DNA from: a virus
Lineage: Duplodnaviria; Caudoviricetes
Strand: one strand, 5' to 3'
Virus record (IMG/VR): IMGVR_UViG_3300031993_000004
Location: 192,001-256,000 of that record
Length of the DNA: 64,000 bases
Numbering within the stretch: position 1 is the stretch's first letter; each line of letters begins with the position of its first letter. The translations under genes were made by a program, and so were the position numbers. Under the pieces are notes generated by a model, which had not been told where the DNA came from, did not search any database, and was given only the letters and a program-made list of their open reading frames with translations. Of the stretch, positions 37,945 to 45,312 are shown in pieces.

Positions 37945-40173
37945 TCATTGAGCCGATTCAGTGACCGTGATATTGTTGTTCTTCACAACATTGTGCAGAT
38001 GCTGATCGAGATCCTCAGATTCTTTCGGATCAATCAGATTTTTGGCATACGTTGTTCCAATGTCTGTTTCTTCCAACTGCGAGAAGTTTGCGACAATCCA
38101 TTCGCAATACTTCTTGACATCAGGATTGAGTTTCTCCCCAGAGTTTAACAGTTTCTTTGCAACGATCAACGAAGAATATGCGCGCTCTTCAGCCGATGGA
38201 TGTGGATCGAATGACAATTTTCCGATCTCACGTTCCAACGTGACAAGCTTCTGAAGACGACCGCTGTCCATATTATTCGCAGTGAATCCTCTGAAGTCTG
38301 GACCCAGATTCATGATGACTGGGAATTGATACATTGAAGCAAACAAATCCGCATAGTATTCGTCTTTGTCAGTCTTTTTCATCCACTTCTCAAGTTCATG
38401 TGTCATGATTTCTTCAGACACAGGATCATTCGGAACGACATTACCACCAATGAAGATGAACATCAATCCCAATGGAACATGCTTCATTGGAATCAGTGCA
38501 AAGCCAACAATTGCCAAACCAATACCAATGATTTTGCGGATAATATAACCAGCTTTCTTGGCTTTAGTTTGACGAGCTTTCTTGGTCGGATCATTTTCTG
38601 CCACATATTTCTCAGCGGCAGCAATGTATTTATCAAGAACTTCAATGTTTGAAGAATCATTGATAACGACATTCTTCAGATCAGTAAGCTGACTCTTGTC
38701 ATACTTCGTGGATGCGATTGCCAAAAGACGTTTTGCAAGCTTTGACTTCGTTGAACCCTTCATCTTCTTGGTACTCAACGAATCAAGCGTGTTCACACAG
38801 TTCGAGATGATTGTGCGGCGCAGCTTCTTGTTGTCAGTTGACGATGCCATTGCAAGTGCGGATGAAAGCGTGAAGACAAACTCACCGTTTTCCTTTTCCA
38901 ATGAGCAAACAACATTGTGCCAAATCTCATGGAGGATGTACGATGTGACAACCTGGCCGAACAATTCACGATTCTTTGTTGCAGGATTCAGTCTGAAGAC
39001 TTTTCCAGCAAAGTCAATATCGATCGGGGTTCCATGCAGTTGGAAACCTTTTGACTTTGAAACCGTGATTGGTTGGTTGATGTCATTTGCCCATGTTGTA
39101 GATGCATCGACCATTTCCCGACCCTTTTCGTCTCTGGTGTCATAAAAACGAATGGCAAGATGACAATCAAATTGTCGTTCGATGCATCGAATACCTTCTT
39201 TGAATTTGTCATTTCTGCAGATGTCTTTCAAGGAAGGCTCGGTTTCCATAAAGGATAACCGAGCCGCATTAAAAAGGCTGACCGCCTTCATGATGTTGGT
39301 ATTATCAAAACGCATGTGCTTCAGATCACTGATCGGGGGTTGTACAGACCCTGTCTCTGATTCCTGAATCATTGCATGTGTCGGTTGGACAAAATCAAAT
39401 CCAGTTGCATGGAGAAGATCATATCCGAGCGTCGTTGTACCATCGAACTTGTCCATCAGATCCATGAAGTATGCGGACTCACCGATTTTCATGGAAAGGT
39501 CATTGGCAGTCTTGTCGATATCCATCTTGATATCATCATTGGTTTTAACACCTTGCATGATATCAGCTTCCTCGTCAGAGAAATATGAACTCTTCTGAGG
39601 TTCCGGGGCCTTATCAGGTTCAGATATGAAATCAGGAATCTGCTTGGAAGATCTGAGTTCACGAACCTTTGCAAGTGCTTCCGGGCTGTTGTTCATATCC
39701 ACCAATCCAGATGAATACGCAATGATCTCGCTGCCGTCAGCTGCAGTAAATCTGCCAACAACTTCACCCTTTGAAGGATCTGCCTGTCGTTGTGATTCAA
39801 TCGCCTTATTCTGTGCGATCATGTTTGCTTGATATGTATTCAGCTTCTGATCGATACGTTGAGAAATATTATCAAGTACTGCGCCGATCGCACATACGAT
39901 TGCTTTCGTATTTGCAGATGGATTCTTCATGTCCGGTGTTGTAATACAATCACCGGACACGCTGATCTGCTTTGCGCGATCATCAACGATGATATTCGAC
40001 GCAGGAATCTGATACATTGCAGCAACAGATTCCAACGCTTCAACAAGCGTGTTGGACTCTCTGATTGCTTTCTCAACAGCTTCTTTTGTAGGTGTGACAG
40101 AGTTTCCCTGCAATGTCACATTTGGTGCTCCGCTGTTAACGGGCAACGGGTTTCCTGCTTGATCAAGTGCCAT
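37945..40173 (-). CDS. Putative virion protein with M48-like zinc metalloprotease domain and a transmembrane hairpin
   Basis: ILHEIWH (HExxH), DEYYAD and DPHPSAEER motifs; hydrophobic IIGIGLAIVGFALI..LGLMFIFIGG; MIQE|S site. Confidence 0.7.
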   Translation of the reverse strand: MALDQAGNPLPVNSGAPNVTLQGNSVTPTKEAVEKAIRESNTLVEALESVAAMYQIPASNIIVDDRAKQISVSGDCITTPDMKNPSANTKAIVCAIGAVLDNISQRIDQKLNTYQANMIAQNKAIESQRQADPSKGEVVGRFTAADGSEIIAYSSGLVDMNNSPEALAKVRELRSSKQIPDFISEPDKAPEPQKSSYFSDEEADIMQGVKTNDDIKMDIDKTANDLSMKIGESAYFMDLMDKFDGTTTLGYDLLHATGFDFVQPTHAMIQESETGSVQPPISDLKHMRFDNTNIMKAVSLFNAARLSFMETEPSLKDICRNDKFKEGIRCIERQFDCHLAIRFYDTRDEKGREMVDASTTWANDINQPITVSKSKGFQLHGTPIDIDFAGKVFRLNPATKNRELFGQVVTSYILHEIWHNVVCSLEKENGEFVFTLSSALAMASSTDNKKLRRTIISNCVNTLDSLSTKKMKGSTKSKLAKRLLAIASTKYDKSQLTDLKNVVINDSSNIEVLDKYIAAAEKYVAENDPTKKARQTKAKKAGYIIRKIIGIGLAIVGFALIPMKHVPLGLMFIFIGGNVVPNDPVSEEIMTHELEKWMKKTDKDEYYADLFASMYQFPVIMNLGPDFRGFTANNMDSGRLQKLVTLEREIGKLSFDPHPSAEERAYSSLIVAKKLLNSGEKLNPDVKKYCEWIVANFSQLEETDIGTTYAKNLIDPKESEDLDQHLHNVVKNNNITVTESAQ

Positions 40174-40190
40174 TATTCACACCTCCTTTA

Positions 40191-43100
40191 TTATTTTTGC
40201 TCTGTTCCTGGAGCTGGAGCAACCGGAGCTTGCGGTTGCTCCTCAGGCTTCACATAGTTTCCACTTTGATAACCCTTAAGGATTTCAGTGTAGATCCTGT
40301 ATGAAGTATTGAAGAAAATGTTCGTGATTGCGTTCATCACATTGATATGATAAATCTGCGCACACTGCTGGAAGATGTCGAACAGTTGCTGTGCACGGCT
40401 CGTTGTTCCGCCATTGTTGTTGTCAGCTTCCTGGAAGAGATCGCCATTCACATCAGGCTCGGCCGACTCTGTTGTTGCCGGCTTCTGTGCAGCGGCTTCT
40501 TCCTTTTTGCGAATCTGCTCGAGAACCTTCATACCGTCCTGCAGAGACTTCACCATGACCTTACAGGTTTCATCAACAAGCTTCTGCGAATTCATGAGAT
40601 CATTGACGAGCGTGTTCCATTTATCCACAGGAAGAGCACCACTGAACGACACATCTGCACCAGGATTGATCTTTCCATACAGCGTGTAATTCTGAACAGC
40701 TTGGGCCAATTGCTTTGTATCCGTCATCGCAGCAAGCTGTGCTCTTGTGTTATCATCACCTGGAAGAATCTCCTTCTTGATTGCGACAGCATCAACCGGA
40801 GTATCTTCGTCCTGATATGTTTGAAGTGCATTGCGGACAGCATCTGTTCTGCTCTTAATATCATTGAGCGGAATGTTGTACAGCGGGAAATTCTTCATAA
40901 TCGGAGAGAACCGGTTATTCTGAATTGCTTTCGAGACTTCATCGTTTGTCTTCTTATGCGCATTCACCCACTGAACTTTCGCGCCATTGATCTTAGAGAA
41001 CAACGGAGAGATATTTGCAAGTTTCTTCTGAATCCACTCGATGAATTGACGCATAACCGTTGCGAGTTTATTCAGAACACCAGTCTTCGGTACAGTCTGT
41101 TGACCGGTCTTCTGATCTGTGAACGAAACGGTTGGAGGATCAGGTTTTGCACCAGCTGTGGTACCATCTTCCATATAGACGAAGGATTCGCAATATGTAT
41201 AACCAGGAATCATTGTATCTTTCATATCATCAGAATATGTGATGATTGTGCAGTGGTTATCATAAAGCTTGATGACATTGCGCGTGAAGCATTCGCCGAG
41301 AACTGCAAGGATATCTTTCACGAGATCCTTGTTTGCACAGTTCCAAGGCTGTTCATTGATCACTGCCATCATGACACCAGCAATCTTCATCAGATTATTT
41401 GCCAGCTCTTCGTTTGTCTTCAATGAGCAACCACAATACATGCGATGCAGCATCTTGAGCGTGATTGCGATCGGATGACGATTCTCGTTTCCGAGCGTAT
41501 CCATACGATAGTTGCCATCCATGAAGTTGTTGCCGTACGCGATCTTGTCGAGCCAGTTCACGTCCGTCAGGAATCCTGCACGATCATATTCAAAACCGAG
41601 CGGACCATTGTGATTACCACAGCACGGACGGAAGTATGGTTCGAACATTTGCAACGTTGAAGAGCAGCTGAATCTGTCAGGAACTTTCTTAACGGATGCA
41701 GCTTCAACGAGCATTGCATGAATCGGTGAGCGGGAGTCTTTCATGATGAAATGCAACGCGCTTCTCGTGTCTTTGAAGTTCGGTGTGCAATCTTGCAGAA
41801 CGATGTTACGCATATTGCAATCAAATGGCATGCGAGAATGAATCCGCATATCTGGTTTGATGATGCAGAACTCAGTCACATATTCAGAGAATGTCTTTGT
41901 GTCTGCATTCTTTGCAAACCGCTTCAGACGAGTTGTAACTGCAGCGGAATCATACATAGTGCACGGTCCCTCATACAGTTTCACAAATTCGTTCGAATTC
42001 ATGTTTGCAAGCGCCTTAGACATATCATCCGGAGACGGAGAAGCCTTGTCAGAAATCTTTCCGATGAACTCACCAATGATAGAGTTCACGAATGCCGAGC
42101 AGATCTTCTTGTTGTTATCGGTAGACTCCGCAGCATTGTCATTGAATGCTTTCTTTACCAGCAAACCGAGATCATATTTTGTCTTACCAGAATCAATGCG
42201 ATCCTTGATAGCCTGCTTCATGTCATTGACAGAACGATTTGGTGCATAGAATCCGTAAACGCAAATCTCACCGGCGATGTTGTTCAGCATCTTGATGGAT
42301 TCACGACGGAGACCCTGTGATGCCGGGGCATATTCGGTTGTCGCGAATGTATAGGAATACAAATGCTCGAGACCAGGATCGAATGAAATTGCAGCATGCG
42401 ACCATTTGGAATTTGTGAACTTCTTAATGGTCTTGGAGACGATGTTCGTTCCAGAAACCAGAACAACGTACACCGGCTTATTACCGCGCGTAGAAACACT
42501 TTCCTGTGTGACAACATTTTCCTTATCCTTACGGAGGTATGTTGTCATCGGTTCACAATAACCGATCATTTGCGTCAGCATACATGTGTTCAAGCTGACA
42601 GTAAACAGGATGAATGTTTCAATGTAAGTCATTACCGTCTCACAGTTGCAGCATACAAACGATGCATTCTCTTTCATGGACGTTTTGATGACATCAGGAA
42701 GTTTGTTGACGATTGCCTTCATCGTTGCGCCGAAATGCATCTTGTTGATCGTCTCGTAATCCTTCTTTGCATCCTTTGCACGACCTTCCATTTCATCCTG
42801 AGAGTACACGCATCTGTCGAAGAAGGTATTCTCGGTTTGAACCAGAAGATCCATGAGTGTCATGTTCCGTTCATCTGGATATGTTCCCTTTGCAAAGACA
42901 TTATCCGGTGCAACGCAGTCGCCCATGTTCTTTGAAATGAACACTTTTGCCATTTCAACGGAGAATTTCTCCAAGTCAGCAATGTCGCATGCGACCAGCT
43001 TCATGGAGATTGCAGTGAACAATTTCGAAATATATTCCGAAATATCGTTCGGCGTAATATACCGCATGTCGTAGCGGCAATTGCAGATGCCGTATTCTTC

Positions 43101-43265
43101 GCTGAATCCTTTGCCACTGACCAAACTTTGAAGATGGTCCAGTGTATCATCATATGTTTTGATAGCCTTTTCAAATGATGGTTTGAATTCAGGCGAGAAT
43201 TCAACAGCTGGTTTTCCATCGAACTTGTTGTGATCCACAACAGCCGTTGTCTTAGTATCAGCCAT
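40191..43265 (-). CDS. Large putative inner-head protein with an embedded permuted NlpC/P60 (YiiX/C92-like) domain
   Basis: 1024 aa; VSKTIKKFTNSKWSHAAISFD...YDL...ICSAFV...SPDD (His before Cys); VTQE|S, YVTE|F, YME|D and LFQE|A sites. Confidence 0.7.
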   Translation of the reverse strand: MADTKTTAVVDHNKFDGKPAVEFSPEFKPSFEKAIKTYDDTLDHLQSLVSGKGFSEEYGICNCRYDMRYITPNDISEYISKLFTAISMKLVACDIADLEKFSVEMAKVFISKNMGDCVAPDNVFAKGTYPDERNMTLMDLLVQTENTFFDRCVYSQDEMEGRAKDAKKDYETINKMHFGATMKAIVNKLPDVIKTSMKENASFVCCNCETVMTYIETFILFTVSLNTCMLTQMIGYCEPMTTYLRKDKENVVTQESVSTRGNKPVYVVLVSGTNIVSKTIKKFTNSKWSHAAISFDPGLEHLYSYTFATTEYAPASQGLRRESIKMLNNIAGEICVYGFYAPNRSVNDMKQAIKDRIDSGKTKYDLGLLVKKAFNDNAAESTDNNKKICSAFVNSIIGEFIGKISDKASPSPDDMSKALANMNSNEFVKLYEGPCTMYDSAAVTTRLKRFAKNADTKTFSEYVTEFCIIKPDMRIHSRMPFDCNMRNIVLQDCTPNFKDTRSALHFIMKDSRSPIHAMLVEAASVKKVPDRFSCSSTLQMFEPYFRPCCGNHNGPLGFEYDRAGFLTDVNWLDKIAYGNNFMDGNYRMDTLGNENRHPIAITLKMLHRMYCGCSLKTNEELANNLMKIAGVMMAVINEQPWNCANKDLVKDILAVLGECFTRNVIKLYDNHCTIITYSDDMKDTMIPGYTYCESFVYMEDGTTAGAKPDPPTVSFTDQKTGQQTVPKTGVLNKLATVMRQFIEWIQKKLANISPLFSKINGAKVQWVNAHKKTNDEVSKAIQNNRFSPIMKNFPLYNIPLNDIKSRTDAVRNALQTYQDEDTPVDAVAIKKEILPGDDNTRAQLAAMTDTKQLAQAVQNYTLYGKINPGADVSFSGALPVDKWNTLVNDLMNSQKLVDETCKVMVKSLQDGMKVLEQIRKKEEAAAQKPATTESAEPDVNGDLFQEADNNNGGTTSRAQQLFDIFQQCAQIYHINVMNAITNIFFNTSYRIYTEILKGYQSGNYVKPEEQPQAPVAPAPGTEQK

Positions 43266-43319
43266 GTCGAAAATCTCCTTTACATAAATTTGATCAAAAC
43301 CCTCTGCACAATGAGAGGT

Positions 43320-43333
43320 TTAACAGTTCGTTT
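43320..43333 (-). promoter_or_regulatory. Putative late promoter AAAC-N7-TAA
   Basis: AAAC-GAACTGT-TAA, followed by an AAACCTCT...AGAGGGTTT hairpin and the RBS. Confidence 0.6.
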
Positions 43334-43339
43334 TCATAT

Positions 43340-43600
43340 AATATAAAGGTATTCTTTTTCGTGAAAATTTTTTGATTTTTGAAATATATAATCATTCCCA
43401 GGAATGATTTCATATCATAATTCTTGGTAGTGTTATGGAAATTCTGCCAGGTCATTATAATTGGGATTATTTTTGATTTTTCGTTTGTCCGGGAAGCAAC
43501 ATTGGATTGACATCCAATGTTGGAAATAATAAAAATTTCGTTCACTTCGTTCACATCATTTTTATTATTTCCGGAAGATTTTATAAAAGAATATCCGTCA
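43340..43600. other. AT-rich non-coding region with palindromes and a tandem 9-mer at a divergent strand switch
   Basis: AATCATTCC-ca-GGAATGATT, CAACATTGGAT-tgac-ATCCAATGTTG, TTCGTTCAC twice. Confidence 0.55.
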
Positions 43601-43670
43601 ATTGGTCGACAAAAATTTAATCTATTTTAATAGAATAGATGGAATCAATAGAAAGGAGGTTGCATATTCT

Positions 43671-44414
43671 ATGCGCAACACTCGTTGTCCTTTTTGTGGA
43701 AAGATATTTAACGATAAGCACAAGTATTGTGATCATATTGCGTTGAAACATAATGAACAGATACCTGACGATCAACAACCTCTTGAGTTTGCTTATTCAT
43801 TATTGGTGCATAAACCAGTTGGCCGAATCTGTGTGATTTGTAGAAAGAATCCTGTCAGATTTAATAATGAGACATTGAAGTATGACAGACTTTGTGACAA
43901 TCCTACATGTAAAGATGAATATGTCAAACTCATGAAAGCCCGAATGGTTCGTGTACATGGGCAAGAGCATCTTCTCAATGATGCAGATATGCAACGTAAA
44001 ATGATTTACAATCATCACAATGCAAAAGACTTTGTATGGGACGATGAACACAAGTTCCGGATCATAGGAACTTACGAAGAAGACTTCTTGAGAAAGTTGA
44101 AATCAATTGGGTGGTCTCCAAATGACATTATCGCACCATCTCCAAACAATTACTGGTACAAATGGAAAGATGGTACAACGCATTTGTACATCCCAGATTT
44201 CTATATTCCATCGCTCGCTCTGGAAGTTGAAATCAAGGAATCGGATAATCAACATCCGAGAATGGCACATGAGCGTGAGATGGAAGCGCTCAAAGACAAA
44301 CGTCTTGCTGACGAAGAAAAGAAGACGAATATCCATTACATCAAGATTGTTGACAAAAAATATGATGATTTCATGCGAGACTATGTTAAGTCCGATGAAA
44401 ATAAACCTGATTAA
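43671..44414 (+). CDS. Zn-finger + PD-(D/E)xK (TnsA-like) endonuclease
   Basis: CPFC...H...H, CVIC...CDNPTC; HLYIPDFYIPSLALEVEIK; AGGAGG RBS before ATG 43671. Confidence 0.75.
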   Translation: MRNTRCPFCGKIFNDKHKYCDHIALKHNEQIPDDQQPLEFAYSLLVHKPVGRICVICRKNPVRFNNETLKYDRLCDNPTCKDEYVKLMKARMVRVHGQEHLLNDADMQRKMIYNHHNAKDFVWDDEHKFRIIGTYEEDFLRKLKSIGWSPNDIIAPSPNNYWYKWKDGTTHLYIPDFYIPSLALEVEIKESDNQHPRMAHEREMEALKDKRLADEEKKTNIHYIKIVDKKYDDFMRDYVKSDENKPD

Positions 44415-44428
44415 GGAGGATCATTAAA

Positions 44429-45274
44429 GTGGAAGGTAATTATATTTTGGAGGCTGTTGAGGCTATCGACAATTCAAGTATTGAGGCGGAGATCAATATT
44501 ATTGATTCACTGATCAATGCGTATGTGAAGGAGTATACAATGCTCCAATACACTGATTCAGCTGTTGTCCAGGAAGCAGGCGGCATTAAGCTTCCGCCAA
44601 AAGATAAGGTCGTTCCGCCAACGGGAAGAAAAGGTGAATCTCTCATCAAAAAGATCGTCTTGTTCATTCCACGGCTGCTTATCAATGCTATCGTATTGAT
44701 TTTGCGAGGTGTCGACAAGTTTGCTAAATTCATTTCCGGTTCAAAGAAAACTGACGAAATGCCGGTGCAGGTACCTTTCGTTTATGAATTCTACATCTCG
44801 ATGGCTGCATTGGATGAACCGGATGCGTGGCTGCGAGGCATGGTCGAAATATTCTGTGATGCTGATGTAATTGACGATATATTTGTTAACGAAGACGGTG
44901 ATACATTTGCAGACAGACTCTTCAAAAGCACCACATCAACCCAGGTTAATATCTTGGATCTCACAGAAAAACTTATCGAAGACATGCGTGAATCTGGCAG
45001 TGATGAAGACATGACCAGAATGATACCATGGACTGAGGATCTACATAACCAACTGGTTGCATCAAACCAAGGTCTTGCTGGCCAACCGCGAAATATCGCG
45101 CGTCAAATGCGTGGTATCATTATGAAGCTGAATGCAATAAACTCAGAAATGAAGGACAGCAATCTTTATTCGGATGCAACTCGTGAAAACATCATGAAGC
45201 TCAGAAACGATATAATGTATATCGTAAATGTATATAACAAAGCAAACCAGGCATGTAATCCGCCAAAGGCTTGA
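44429..45274 (+). CDS. Putative inner-head protein (propeptide paralog family)
   Basis: GTG start with AAGGAGG RBS; leader ending VVQE|A followed by an amphipathic helix. Confidence 0.65.
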   Translation: MEGNYILEAVEAIDNSSIEAEINIIDSLINAYVKEYTMLQYTDSAVVQEAGGIKLPPKDKVVPPTGRKGESLIKKIVLFIPRLLINAIVLILRGVDKFAKFISGSKKTDEMPVQVPFVYEFYISMAALDEPDAWLRGMVEIFCDADVIDDIFVNEDGDTFADRLFKSTTSTQVNILDLTEKLIEDMRESGSDEDMTRMIPWTEDLHNQLVASNQGLAGQPRNIARQMRGIIMKLNAINSEMKDSNLYSDATRENIMKLRNDIMYIVNVYNKANQACNPPKA

Positions 45275-45312
45275 TCAGATTCTATTCATGTAAAAAAAAG
45301 GAGGAATAACAC

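Noticed and set aside
43294-43554. 86-aa minus-strand ORF in the AT-rich intergenic region
   Set aside because: Low-complexity I/N/K/F composition, no RBS, and it overlaps promoter and palindrome elements
43671-44414. TnsA-like nuclease as evidence of a Tn7-like transposon
   Set aside because: No TnsB/TnsC genes or terminal repeats nearby; similar nucleases occur as ordinary genes in large phages
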